Source: Bacteroidales bacterium UBA1715 (GTDB lineage Bacteria; Bacteroidota; Bacteroidia; Bacteroidales; UBA1715). From it: a stretch of 64,000 nt of DNA. The stretch covers positions 1,637-65,636 of the forward strand of contig DCIX01000010.1 in NCBI GenBank assembly GCA_002317135.1, in the 5' to 3' direction. Below the pieces are notes generated by a model. It was not told the origin of the DNA. It worked only from the letters and a program-made list of their open reading frames with translations, and did not search any database. This document shows positions 31,164-41,299 of the stretch, in pieces. Within the stretch, counting starts at the first letter, position 1. Each line of letters begins with the position of its first letter. The translations under genes were made by a program, and so were the position numbers.

Positions 31164-32005
31164 TAATTCTTTAAATCAAGTTTTCTATAATCAGCATTTT
31201 GACTAAACGGAAAAGACAAATCTTCGTTGAATTTTATCTTTGAATATTCCATATCAATTGTAACCTTATTGCTATTCTTTTTTGCCTTTACACTAACTAA
31301 ACTTGGGAAGTTTATGTCCTGAATAGTCTCGAAATTTCCATAATGAACTCTAAGATTTAGCTCGTCTTTTTCCTCAACATTAACATTAGTAAGTTCTACA
31401 TCGGAAATTCTGAAATTATCGTTATCAATTGTCCAAACTTGTTGCAACGAAAGTGTGTCATTTTTCTTAAACTCTTTCTTTGAGTATGTTTTCATTACAG
31501 AAATATTATTCTTGATGTTAACTTCAAAATTCTTTAACATACCGATTGTGTCGGTAATGTGCTGGTCAACAAAGAATAATTCATTCAAGAAAATTGACTG
31601 AATCGTTTTGAAATCAATTGAATTTCCGTTTCGATTCAATGAGTCTATTGAACCGTCGTAATAGACTTTTTGAATCTTCGAATAAAACTTCACACTATCC
31701 TGCGTAAGCACGCAACGAACCATTTCTATGTTCATTGTTGGCGCGATTGATATCCAGATTATGCTATCTTTTTTAATACGGACAGTTCCTTTTACCTGAA
31801 TTGGTAATGATTTTAACAACTCTTTTGAATCAATCGAAAACTTAAAAGAAACTGTTGAAAAATCTCCGTAATGTTTTATTATTGAATCATATAACGAAAT
31901 TGCTTCGTATTGTTTATAGTCGTTTGAACTCACAATTTTTTTAGAAGAGTGACACGACGAAAACAATACAATGCTCAGCATTATGTAAAGGACTACTTTA
32001 CGCAT
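31163..32005 (-). CDS. Lipoprotein, DUF4292-like
   Basis: Lipobox LFSSC. Its position between the TPR and EnvC-like genes is, as I recall, a conserved Bacteroidota arrangement. Confidence 0.55.
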   Translation of the reverse strand: MRKVVLYIMLSIVLFSSCHSSKKIVSSNDYKQYEAISLYDSIIKHYGDFSTVSFKFSIDSKELLKSLPIQVKGTVRIKKDSIIWISIAPTMNIEMVRCVLTQDSVKFYSKIQKVYYDGSIDSLNRNGNSIDFKTIQSIFLNELFFVDQHITDTIGMLKNFEVNIKNNISVMKTYSKKEFKKNDTLSLQQVWTIDNDNFRISDVELTNVNVEEKDELNLRVHYGNFETIQDINFPSLVSVKAKKNSNKVTIDMEYSKIKFNEDLSFPFSQNADYRKLDLKN

Positions 32006-32023
32006 ACATAGTTTTTTGCAAAA

Positions 32024-32398
32024 TTATCTTTTTTTGCCCATTTTTATGTATAAATCGTCTAAAAAGCGTTTATACTCTACATTACTGCCTTTTGAGACCT
32101 TTATAGCCTTATTTATAGCGATTTCTGCATCGGAAAATTTACCTTGGGAAAGATAAATCTGAGCCATTTCGTAATAAACAGCGTCATTTTCACCCAATAA
32201 TTTGTTGCAATCAAAGTATAATGCTAACGCTTGATCATAATTCTGGCGATTTTTTTCAAGATTCGCCTGAACGAACATTTTCTCAAATTCAACCTTCTTT
32301 CTGTCGTACTTCACAGAATCTTCGTATGTTTTCAATTTTTGGGAATATGCGAATACAGATAAAAAAAATGATATAAAAAGTAAAGATAAGTATCTCAT
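32024..32398 (-). CDS. Small secreted TPR-repeat protein
   Basis: 124 aa with a signal peptide and TPR-like helices (YDQALALYFDC..., YYEMAQIYLSQGKFSDAEIAINKAI). Confidence 0.7.
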   Translation of the reverse strand: MRYLSLLFISFFLSVFAYSQKLKTYEDSVKYDRKKVEFEKMFVQANLEKNRQNYDQALALYFDCNKLLGENDAVYYEMAQIYLSQGKFSDAEIAINKAIKVSKGSNVEYKRFLDDLYIKMGKKR

Positions 32399-32441
32399 AT
32401 TCTATAAATTGAAATTAAAAACGAAATATTTTTGATAAATT

Positions 32442-33377
32442 TTATTCTTCAATTTCAATTCCTTTTTCCTTACAATATGCTTCTATTTCACTATCATTTT
32501 CAAAATAAGAATCACATATTTTTTCTAATACTTCCATTTGAGCATCTGAATATCTTTCTTCTGCCGAAATATATTTCTCTACGCATTCTATAAATGAAGA
32601 AAAGTCTTTATTTGCCCTACATAATTTATCAATTGTTTTGAAATCAAGTTTATGATATACAGCAGGATAAAGTATTTTTGATTCAAAAGGATTGGGCTTT
32701 AAATGAATGATACCTATACCAAATGACTGGTTTAATCTTTCCATTTCATCTTTTAACTCGTCGTTAAATTCAAATGTTACAAGATAACCATAATTTGCCC
32801 AACTTGAATTAGAAACCGCCTGAAAAAAATATTGCTTTAAATCATAATCATTATTTATTGAACATTTTAATTCATACGATAGCAACTTGAAAGAATCCAT
32901 TTTATCAGCAGTTTCCAAAAGATGTTTTGCTTCTTTTGAATGTAAATTTGAAAAACTAACACCAACAATATCAGGATGAACCCACTTTAAATTCCTATCT
33001 TTTCCGTGTTCACTTTTTTCGTGAAAAATTGTTTTAGCACTAATTTTTTGATTATGAAGATACGTAGTAAACAGTTTATGTAAATCTCTTTCCTTAAAAT
33101 TAACTTTTATCTCAGAATTTTGACTATCACTTTGTATATTATCTTGATTTTCAGTAAGAAAATATACCATAGTTCCCTTAGAATTTTTTTTACGCATTAC
33201 GCGTTCATCACCTTTTTTGACAAAATTAGCTAAAAAGATATTAACTGTTTTCATAGGTGTTTTTGCTTCTCCAAAATCGTGAAGATTATGTTCTATAATA
33301 TAGTTATAAACCTCCATATAATCAGAAGGTTTACCTATTTTACCTAATGCATATAAAACGGATTCTTTAATAGTCAT
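32442..33377 (-). CDS. HARE-HTH domain protein fused to a PD-(D/E)xK restriction-endonuclease-fold domain (uncharacterised family)
   Basis: 311 aa. N-terminal winged-helix pattern (ESVLYALGKIGKPSDYMEVYNYI...KTPMKTV). ERDLH...KWVHPDIVGV...LLSYELKC gives E...PD...ExK. The conserved string FFQAVSNSSWANYGYLV is also present. Confidence 0.7.
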   Translation of the reverse strand: MTIKESVLYALGKIGKPSDYMEVYNYIIEHNLHDFGEAKTPMKTVNIFLANFVKKGDERVMRKKNSKGTMVYFLTENQDNIQSDSQNSEIKVNFKERDLHKLFTTYLHNQKISAKTIFHEKSEHGKDRNLKWVHPDIVGVSFSNLHSKEAKHLLETADKMDSFKLLSYELKCSINNDYDLKQYFFQAVSNSSWANYGYLVTFEFNDELKDEMERLNQSFGIGIIHLKPNPFESKILYPAVYHKLDFKTIDKLCRANKDFSSFIECVEKYISAEERYSDAQMEVLEKICDSYFENDSEIEAYCKEKGIEIEE

Positions 33378-33379
33378 TT

Positions 33380-34375
33380 TTATAACTCATTATAATCTCC
33401 AACACTCAATTCGTCTGCAGACTTTTTCATTATAACTGAATTTCCTATCATAGAATTAGTGATATTAGTATTTTCTAAAACACTGTTAGTTTGAATAATA
33501 GAATTAGAAACTACCGAATTTACAATTTTTGTGTCTTTTCCAACAGAAACAAATGGACCAACTACAGAATTTTCAATTTTTGCTCCTTCGGCTATACAAC
33601 AAGGTTCTATAATTTGTGAATTTGTGATTGTAGCTTTTTCTGAAATTTCACTGCCATAATTTGCTAATACTCTTTGATTTGTATTTACTGTAGCATTTTT
33701 ATTTCCGCAATCCAACCATTCATTTACTTGACCAGTATAGAACTTTTTACCTTTGTTTTTCATATTTTCCAATGCATCGGTCAACTGGTATTCTGTTCCT
33801 CTAATTACATTATTATCAATTAAATACTGTAATTCCGAACGAAGATTTCTACCATCTTTAAAGTAGTAAATACCAATAATTGCTAAATCAGATACAAATT
33901 CTTTTGGTTTTTCTACGAAATCTGTAATCATTCCGTCTGAATCTAATTTTACTACACCAAAAGCAGATGGATCAGCAACTTTTTGTACCCAAATAATTGA
34001 ATCTTTTGAAGTATCTAAATTGAAATCTGCAACAAATAATGTATCGGCAAAAGCAACAATTACATTACCTGAAAGAGATGTAGAAGCACATAAAATAGCA
34101 TGTGCAGTTCCCTTTGGTTCTTCTTGATAACAAATTTTACCTATGGCACCTAGTTGAGATGCTATGTCTAACAACATTTTTTCTACATCTTTACCAAAAC
34201 TTGGATGAATAATAAACGCTATTTCTTCTATATGTTGCATACAAACACGAGAAATATCTTCTACAAGTCTTTGTACGATTGGCTTACCAGCAACAGGAAT
34301 TAATGGCTTTGGAATTGAAAGTGTATGGGGACGCATTCTTTTTCCCATACCAGCCATAGGGATAATTAATTTCAT
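33380..34375 (-). CDS. Sugar-phosphate nucleotidyltransferase with a C-terminal left-handed beta-helix
   Basis: MKLIIPMAGMGKRMRP...PKPLIPVAGKPI NTP-transferase motif. Hexapeptide-like repeats (ITNS..., IENSVVG..., IVNSVVSNSII) occupy the C-terminus. Confidence 0.8.
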   Translation of the reverse strand: MKLIIPMAGMGKRMRPHTLSIPKPLIPVAGKPIVQRLVEDISRVCMQHIEEIAFIIHPSFGKDVEKMLLDIASQLGAIGKICYQEEPKGTAHAILCASTSLSGNVIVAFADTLFVADFNLDTSKDSIIWVQKVADPSAFGVVKLDSDGMITDFVEKPKEFVSDLAIIGIYYFKDGRNLRSELQYLIDNNVIRGTEYQLTDALENMKNKGKKFYTGQVNEWLDCGNKNATVNTNQRVLANYGSEISEKATITNSQIIEPCCIAEGAKIENSVVGPFVSVGKDTKIVNSVVSNSIIQTNSVLENTNITNSMIGNSVIMKKSADELSVGDYNEL

Positions 34376-34411
34376 TCTATTTTATTATAAATAAGTATAT
34401 ATAATCTTAAT

Positions 34412-34846
34412 CTATTTCACTCCTGTATGTCCAAAACCACCTTCACCACGAACAGTTTCCGATAGTTCTGTAACTTCTATTATTTCTGCTTTTGAATATT
34501 TAGTAATTACCATCTGACAAATTCTTTCACCATCGTTAATTACAAATGGTTCTTTTGAAAGATTTACCAAAATCGCTTTAATTTCTCCACGATAATCTGC
34601 ATCAATAGTACCAGGAGAGTTTAATACAGTGATACCAAATTTTGCTGCCAAACCACTTCTTGGACGAATTTGTGCTTCATAACCTTCAGGTAGTTCTATA
34701 AATAAACCTGTTGGTACTATTGTTCTCTCCATTGGTTGTAATGTAATAGGAGAGTCTATGTTTGCTCGCAAATCCATTCCTGCAGAATATTCTGTTGAAT
34801 AAGCAGGCAATTGATGTTTAGACTTATTTACTATTCGTAATTCCAT
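34412..34846 (-). CDS. dut: dUTP diphosphatase
   Basis: [10 protein letters not shown] and [10 protein letters not shown] dUTPase motifs. Start taken at CAT 34844-34846. Confidence 0.93.
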   Translation of the reverse strand: MELRIVNKSKHQLPAYSTEYSAGMDLRANIDSPITLQPMERTIVPTGLFIELPEGYEAQIRPRSGLAAKFGITVLNSPGTIDADYRGEIKAILVNLSKEPFVINDGERICQMVITKYSKAEIIEVTELSETVRGEGGFGHTGVK

Positions 34847-35423
34847 AATTTTAATTTTCCGTGAAAGTAGTATTATTTTTGAAATTGTCAACAATCATTA
34901 TTTACTTAAATATAAAATTTAAAAATTTAAAATAATCAAATAGGGAATAATATAGGCTGTTAATTTGTTGCTATTTTTCTTTGAATTTTCTTGTATTGAA
35001 CAATATTAAAAATTTATTGGCAGATATGAACATTTTATTATAGGTTTATCTATTTGATAATCAATTACAATATGAGTTTATTAACATTCTTCATGTATAA
35101 CTGTTCACACAAGGTAGTTAATTAGTTTTAGTTGTTAATATGTTATTTTATATGTTAAAAACTAATAACACTGAAATCGTAAATATTTTTGTAAAAATCA
35201 AAATCTTTTTTACGGAGTACTTCATTTATAAATCCAAATTTTTTATTTGTTTTTTATTCATTTTTCTATCAACAGAAAAAAGTGCGTTATTAACAGAAAT
35301 TAACAAAGTAATTATCTTGAATAATTACAATTTTCTGTAATTAGTAAAGATACGAAATTTCTTACTATTACACTATATATTTGAAAAACATACTACTTTT
35401 GTCTTGTTTTATACTAATAAGCA

Positions 35424-35843
35424 ATGCAGATAAATTTTTTTACTGAGGATGCGTCATTTCCTTCTGGTTTAAAGAAAACAATGTTTCGCTCTGTGGCACA
35501 GACAATTGTAAAGAATGAGTCAAAAAAAAAGATTGACTATATTAATTTTATTGCTTGTTCTGACGAATATTTATTGTCGGTTAATCAGAAATTTTTGAAG
35601 CATGATTATTTTACTGATGTAATAACATTCGATTATTCTGAAACAGAAATTGCTTCGGATGTTATGATGAGCATGGATAGAATAGGGGAGAATGCAAAAA
35701 ATAACAAAGTGTCTAAATTAAACGAATGTTATAGAATTTTGATTCACGGTGTGCTTCATCTTGTTGGTTATAAGGATAAAAATCCTGAAGACAAGAAGGT
35801 TATGACTGAAAAGGAAAATTTTTATTTGGATTTGATACAATAA
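35424..35843 (+). CDS. ybeY: rRNA maturation endoribonuclease YbeY
   Basis: HGVLHLVGYKD zinc-binding motif; 139 aa. Confidence 0.9.
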   Translation: MQINFFTEDASFPSGLKKTMFRSVAQTIVKNESKKKIDYINFIACSDEYLLSVNQKFLKHDYFTDVITFDYSETEIASDVMMSMDRIGENAKNNKVSKLNECYRILIHGVLHLVGYKDKNPEDKKVMTEKENFYLDLIQ

Positions 35844-35846
35844 TAT

Positions 35847-37712
35847 ATGTTACAAAAATACGATGTAATAGTTGTAGGAGCGGGTCACGCTGGTTGTGAA
35901 GCAGCAGCGGCAGCTGCTCGTTTAGGTTCACAAACGTTGTTGATTACTATGGATATGACTAAATTAGGGTCTATGTCTTGTAATCCTGCTGTTGGTGGAA
36001 TTGCTAAAGGTCAGATAGTTAGAGAAATAGATGCTTTAGGAGGATCTATGGCTAAAATAACCGATGCTTCTTCTATTCAATTTAGAATGCTTAATAAGTC
36101 GAAGGGTCCAGCTATGTGGAGTCCTCGTTCTCAAGCAGATAGAGCATTATTTGTATCAAATTGGCGTGAAGAATTAGAATCTATTCCAAATCTTGATTTT
36201 TGGCAAGATTCTGTGTGTGAATTACTTATAGAAAAAAATAGAGTTATTGGTGTTAAAACTGTCTGGGGAATATCTATTTATGCAACATCTGTTGTTTTAA
36301 CAAATGGAACATTCTTAAATGGTTTAATGCACATTGGTCGTTCACAAGTTGAAGGTGGTAGAATAGGGGAAATGTCAGCATATAGACTTTCTGATCAAAT
36401 TCGTGATTTTGGTTTTGAAGTTGGAAGAATGAAGACAGGTACACCTGCTCGTATTGATGGTCGTACAATAGATTTTTCAAAATGTAAGGAACAGAAAGGT
36501 GATGATGAATTAGGTCAGTTTTCGTATTTGCCAAGAAAAAAAGCATTGCTTCCACAATTGAGTTGTTGGATGACTTACACAAATCCACAAGTACACGATG
36601 TATTGCGTTCTGGTTTTGCTGATTCACCATTATATAATGGAACTATAAAAAGTATTGGTCCACGATATTGTCCAAGTATTGAAACAAAACTTGTAACATT
36701 TGCCGATAAAGATAAACATCAATTATTTTTGGAACCAGAAGGTGTAAATACATGTGAATATTATATCAATGGTTTTTCATCTTCATTACCAGCCGATGTT
36801 CAATATAAGGCTATAAAATTATTACCAGGTTTGGAAAATTGTAAGATTTTCCGTCCAGGTTATGCAATAGAGTATGACTTTTTTATGCCAACTCAGCTAC
36901 AACCTTCGTTGGAAACAAAGATGATAGAAAATCTATTTTTTGCTGGACAAATAAATGGTACAACAGGTTACGAGGAGGCTGGTGCTCAAGGACTTATTGC
37001 TGGTATAAATGCAAGCAAAAAGGCGTCTGAAAAAGATTTACTTGTTCTTCATCGTGATGAAGCATATATTGGTGTTTTGATTGACGATCTTGTAACGAAA
37101 GGTGTAAATGAACCATATCGAATGTTTACTTCTCGTGCGGAATTTAGAATATTATTACGTCAAGATGATGCTGATGCTCGTTTGACTCCAAAAGGAATTG
37201 AAATAGGTTTAGTAGACGATGAACGTAAATCTGCTTTTGAGCACAAGATGGAAACAATTGCAAAATTGAAAGAATATGCTTCGGAAACAAAAATAACTAT
37301 GGCTGAAGCAAATCCTATTCTTACTGAACTTGGAAGTAAAGAACTAACTGAGTCAACTAGATTAAGTTCATTGATTGCTCGTCCGAATGTATCTATTAAA
37401 AATTTCCACGTGGAACAATCACAGTTTTCTAATTACGATGATGTGGATTGGAATACGATTTTGGAGGCTGTTGATATAGATATAAAGTATTCGGGATATA
37501 TAAATAAGGAAAGACAAATTGCTGAAAAGATTTCCCGATTGGATTATATAAAAATAAAAGATAAAATTCCATACGAAAAGATAGAATCTCTTTCAACGGA
37601 GGCAAGACAAAAATTATCGAGCATTAATCCGGAAACTATTGGTCAAGCATCAAGAATTAGTGGAATTTCACCATCAGATATTAATGTGTTGTTGGTGTAT
37701 TTGAAGCGATAA
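35847..37712 (+). CDS. mnmG: tRNA uridine 5-carboxymethylaminomethyl modification enzyme MnmG
   Basis: 621 aa. FAD motif YDVIVVGAGHAGCEAA, and a GidA family pattern throughout. Confidence 0.96.
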   Translation: MLQKYDVIVVGAGHAGCEAAAAAARLGSQTLLITMDMTKLGSMSCNPAVGGIAKGQIVREIDALGGSMAKITDASSIQFRMLNKSKGPAMWSPRSQADRALFVSNWREELESIPNLDFWQDSVCELLIEKNRVIGVKTVWGISIYATSVVLTNGTFLNGLMHIGRSQVEGGRIGEMSAYRLSDQIRDFGFEVGRMKTGTPARIDGRTIDFSKCKEQKGDDELGQFSYLPRKKALLPQLSCWMTYTNPQVHDVLRSGFADSPLYNGTIKSIGPRYCPSIETKLVTFADKDKHQLFLEPEGVNTCEYYINGFSSSLPADVQYKAIKLLPGLENCKIFRPGYAIEYDFFMPTQLQPSLETKMIENLFFAGQINGTTGYEEAGAQGLIAGINASKKASEKDLLVLHRDEAYIGVLIDDLVTKGVNEPYRMFTSRAEFRILLRQDDADARLTPKGIEIGLVDDERKSAFEHKMETIAKLKEYASETKITMAEANPILTELGSKELTESTRLSSLIARPNVSIKNFHVEQSQFSNYDDVDWNTILEAVDIDIKYSGYINKERQIAEKISRLDYIKIKDKIPYEKIESLSTEARQKLSSINPETIGQASRISGISPSDINVLLVYLKR

Positions 37713-37728
37713 AAATAAAACTTTCCAC

Positions 37729-38961
37729 GTGGAACAAAAGAAAGAATTATTATTGAAATTGAAAAATGGGGTCAGGTTGGTGATTGCTTCTGCTCCATCT
37801 TCTGCTTCGTATGTCGGAATGTTTGTTGCTACTGGTTCACGTGATGATGGAAAAAATCTTGGAATTTCCCATTTGGTTGAACATACGATTTTTAAGGGAA
37901 CATCGAAACGAAATTATTCACAGTTAATGGATATGATTGAATCTGTCGGCGGTGAAATGAATGCATATACGGCAAAAGAAGAAACGTGTTATCAAATTTC
38001 TATTGCAAATGATTATGTAGAAAATGCTTTTTCTGTTTTGAGTGAGATTTTCTCTGATTCTGAGTTTCCAGAAAATGAACTTGAAAAAGAAAAAACTGTT
38101 GTGATAGACGAAATTGAATCGTATGAGGATGTTCCAAATGAAATGATTTTTGATGAATTTGAAGAACAAATGTTTCAAGGTCATTCGTTAGCAACGAATA
38201 TATTAGGTACCAAAAAGTCTGTAAAAAAATTACAACGAGCTGATTTGATACAACAATATAAAAAGAAATATATTCCAGAAAATCTTGTTGTTTCGTATGT
38301 TGGTTCGGTAGATTATTCTAAAATAGAACAATTAGCTAGAAAATATTTTGAAAATGTTTTAGTTGAACAAAGTGAAAAAGTAGCAGAAAATACATTTGTT
38401 CCACGTGAAACAAAATTCGATATAGTGAAAAATAAACGAACTCATCAGGCTCATTGTATGATGGGATCGTTTGCTCCATCAATAAAAGATGATTTGAGGT
38501 TTGCAACTGCAATGGTGACAAATATTCTTGGTGGAATATCATTCAATGCACTTCTGAATATGAAGTTGCGTGAGGAAAGAGGGCTTACTTATAATATTGA
38601 AGCAAATTATACAGCTTATTCAGATACAGGATTTTTCTCAGTTTATTTTGGAACTGATTTTTCGAAAGTACCTTTGTGTAGAGAAATTATTGCAGATTTG
38701 TTCAATGAAATAATAACGAATGGTTTTACTGAAGAAAAGTTAGAGGCTTATAAAAAACAAATAATCGGACAGTTTGAAGTTTCCGATGATAATTATATGT
38801 CTTTGATGATAAATAATGCGAAATCATTCTACTGGTTCAATCATATTGATTCCTTACAAGAGGTAATTGAAAAAGTCAAACAAATCGATAATAATACTAT
38901 CAAACAAGTTGCTAAACAAATCCTCTCTCCCGAAAAATTAAATGTACTTATTTATAAATAG
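37729..38961 (+). CDS. M16 (pitrilysin/insulinase) family zinc peptidase
   Basis: HLVEH (inverted HxxEH zinc motif); 410 aa; GTG start. Confidence 0.85.
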   Translation: MEQKKELLLKLKNGVRLVIASAPSSASYVGMFVATGSRDDGKNLGISHLVEHTIFKGTSKRNYSQLMDMIESVGGEMNAYTAKEETCYQISIANDYVENAFSVLSEIFSDSEFPENELEKEKTVVIDEIESYEDVPNEMIFDEFEEQMFQGHSLATNILGTKKSVKKLQRADLIQQYKKKYIPENLVVSYVGSVDYSKIEQLARKYFENVLVEQSEKVAENTFVPRETKFDIVKNKRTHQAHCMMGSFAPSIKDDLRFATAMVTNILGGISFNALLNMKLREERGLTYNIEANYTAYSDTGFFSVYFGTDFSKVPLCREIIADLFNEIITNGFTEEKLEAYKKQIIGQFEVSDDNYMSLMINNAKSFYWFNHIDSLQEVIEKVKQIDNNTIKQVAKQILSPEKLNVLIYK

Positions 38962-39184
38962 TAATTTATATAAAATTGCTATAAATAAATGAATATCAAT
39001 TATTTGAATAATAATATTTTATAAAAAATAATACCTAAAAGCATAGTTTGGGAATACTCTGCTGGTACGTTAAACATTTTAGTAATTATTCAAATTAAGA
39101 ATCTACAAGGTTGTACAGATAATTCTGTAATAACATCAAAATAAATTTCACAATTTCTTATTTTTACAAATCAAAAAACATTGT

Positions 39185-39748
39185 ATGAAAGAAGATGTAA
39201 AAAAATGTTGTGAAATCCTTAAAACAGGAGGAACAATCTTGTATCCAACCGATACAATTTGGGGTTTAGGTTGCGATGCAACAAATGCTGAAGCAGTCAA
39301 TAAAATATTTACAATTAAAAATCGTGCGGGCGATATACCGCTACTTGTTTTGGTGAATTCCGTAGCAATGTTAGAACGCTATGTGGTTGATATGCCACAG
39401 GTTGCCTACGATCTCATTGATTGTGCAACGTCACCGCTTACAATCATTTTTGACCAGGCACGCAATCTTCCTGAAAATCTTATTGGTAAGGACGGCAGCA
39501 TAGGCATTCGAGTTACACACGAAGCCTTTACCGATAATCTCATTCAACAATTCCGTAAACCGATTGTTTCAACATCGGCAAATATCCACGGAAATCCTTC
39601 TCCAGAATTTTATAAAGACATTGATAACCAAATAATTAGTTCTGTTGATTATGTGGTTAACTATCGACAAAATGACATGAAAAAATCTAAGCCTTCTCAA
39701 ATAATAAAGTTGGGAAATAATGGCCAAATAACTATAATCCGAAAATAA
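39185..39748 (+). CDS. tsaC: L-threonylcarbamoyladenylate synthase (YrdC/TsaC)
   Basis: 187 aa with YrdC-domain strings ILYPTDTIWGLGCDA and VSTSANIHG. Confidence 0.85.
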   Translation: MKEDVKKCCEILKTGGTILYPTDTIWGLGCDATNAEAVNKIFTIKNRAGDIPLLVLVNSVAMLERYVVDMPQVAYDLIDCATSPLTIIFDQARNLPENLIGKDGSIGIRVTHEAFTDNLIQQFRKPIVSTSANIHGNPSPEFYKDIDNQIISSVDYVVNYRQNDMKKSKPSQIIKLGNNGQITIIRK

Positions 39749-40176
39749 TGACAAAAGAGGAAGTTTTACAGCAAACATTTTTGCATTCTGTTGATATTCA
39801 GATTCGTTTTACCGATATGGATACCAATGGTCATATCAACAATGGCATTTATCATACATACTATGATTTAGGACGAATGGGTTTCTTTAAAGAAGTACTT
39901 AAAGAAAAGACATCTAACAGTATTATTGCTCAGGTAAATACTACCTATGTTAAACCATTATATTTGAATGATATAATTTGCGTGAAAAATAAAGTTGTTC
40001 GTTGGGGAAATAGCAGTTTTGATATGCTTCAAGCAATCTTTAAAAAAGATGGAGATTCTCTTGTTCTTGCAAACTTTAATGTCACAACTTTTGTCCATAT
40101 TGAAAACGAAAAACCGTCGCCTGTTCCTGTTGAGTGGAAAAATGCGGTGATGGCATTCGAAAATTCGATTTTGTAA
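39748..40176 (+). CDS. Hotdog-fold acyl-CoA thioesterase (4HBT/YbgC-like)
   Basis: 142 aa with an N-terminal RFTDMDTNGHINNGIY motif typical of 4HBT thioesterases. Confidence 0.75.
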   Translation: MTKEEVLQQTFLHSVDIQIRFTDMDTNGHINNGIYHTYYDLGRMGFFKEVLKEKTSNSIIAQVNTTYVKPLYLNDIICVKNKVVRWGNSSFDMLQAIFKKDGDSLVLANFNVTTFVHIENEKPSPVPVEWKNAVMAFENSIL

Positions 40177-40228
40177 ATCTTATTTTCTAACAAAATTTCG
40201 TTTTCTTTGTAGTTGGTCTAACTGAATA

Positions 40229-41299
40229 ATGAAAAAAATTCTCTTCTGCTGGCTTTTGTTTCCGCTGTTTGTCTTTGCACAGATAGGTGGTTCGTCAGTA
40301 TTTGAATTTACTGCTTTACCGTACTCAGCCCGTGAAACTGCTTTGGGTGGAAGTTGTATTGCAAGTTATTCCAAGGATCTGTCTATTGCGTTAAAAAATC
40401 CATCTCTTCTTGATTCAAGTTATTTGAATGATGCGTTTTTCAGTTTTGGACAAATGCATGTTGCTCGTTTGGGCTTGTTTTATGGAACAATAGGTTATGC
40501 CCAAACAGGAAAATTTGATATGATGTATGAAGGTGGTATTCATTTTATAAATTACGGAAAATGTGAAGGTTACGATGAAGATGGTGTCTATACCGGCGAT
40601 TTTTTCCCATCTGAATATGAATTGATTTTCGGTGCTTCCAAACAACTATCTGATCATTGGTATGTGGGAGCTTCTGTAAAACCAATTTTGTCATATTTAG
40701 AAAGTTATTCTTCATACGGATTATTATTTGATTTTGGTGCGAATTATCGATCAGAACTATCGTGTGCGTCAGTTGAAATTCGCAACATTGGTTGGCAGTT
40801 AAAACCATATACATCAAAAAATCGCGAACCTATTCCTTATAGCATTGATTTGGGCGTTTCACAACGCTTGAACCATGCTCCAATTCAGTTTTATTTTGGT
40901 TATTCTGATTTGCAAAAATTTGATCTTTCATACGATGATCCGTATGCTCAATCTAATTCGTTAATCAACGATGATGACCAAAAAGAACGTGGCTTTGTTT
41001 TGGTAGGAAAGAATTTCCTAAAACATATTACTGTATCTGCAGAATTTATGTTAGGAAATCATTTTGTTCTTATGGGAGGATATAATTATAGAAAATCTGA
41101 GGAATTATCGTTTGGAAACTCAAAACATGGTGCTGGTTTAAGTTTTGGTTTCGAATTACTTTTCTCACGTTTCAATTTGTCGTATGGACTTGCTAAACAG
41201 CAAGCTGCTGGCTCTTGGCATTTATTTACATTGGGATTTAATACAAAAACGATATATTCGGCGTACCAAAATCGTAAAAACTCTAAAACTCAGGAATAA
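40229..41299 (+). CDS. porQ: Type IX secretion system outer-membrane protein PorQ
   Basis: Signal peptide, then GGSSVFEFTALPYSARETALGG, the PorQ N-terminal signature. Predicted beta-barrel of 356 aa, adjacent to cmk. Confidence 0.7.
   Translation: MKKILFCWLLFPLFVFAQIGGSSVFEFTALPYSARETALGGSCIASYSKDLSIALKNPSLLDSSYLNDAFFSFGQMHVARLGLFYGTIGYAQTGKFDMMYEGGIHFINYGKCEGYDEDGVYTGDFFPSEYELIFGASKQLSDHWYVGASVKPILSYLESYSSYGLLFDFGANYRSELSCASVEIRNIGWQLKPYTSKNREPIPYSIDLGVSQRLNHAPIQFYFGYSDLQKFDLSYDDPYAQSNSLINDDDQKERGFVLVGKNFLKHITVSAEFMLGNHFVLMGGYNYRKSEELSFGNSKHGAGLSFGFELLFSRFNLSYGLAKQQAAGSWHLFTLGFNTKTIYSAYQNRKNSKTQE

Noticed and set aside
35140-35340. 66-aa ORF inside the long AT-rich spacer.
   Set aside because: The translation is dominated by Phe/Ile/Lys/Asn, as expected from random AT-rich sequence. 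There is no promoter or start context and no motif.
34895-35423. The idea that the long AT-rich spacer next to mnmG (gidA) is the chromosomal replication origin.
   Set aside because: The gene-orientation switch and mnmG adjacency fit. However, I found no cluster of DnaA boxes (TTATCCACA or its complement). The best candidate, CTGTTCACA near 35101, matches only 6 of 9 positions. A second divergent switch exists at 21.2 kb. GC-skew analysis of the whole contig would be needed.
32400-39000. An apparent AT-rich block covering the HARE-nuclease gene, nucleotidyltransferase, dut, ybeY, mnmG and the M16 peptidase, as a possible genomic island or assembly chimera.
   Set aside because: The idea rests on hand counts of a few 60-nt lines (12-21 G+C per 60 nt). 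Similar values occur elsewhere, for example 18 per 60 nt in mreB. The genes are core housekeeping genes in conserved order. A sliding-window GC and codon-usage calculation would be needed.
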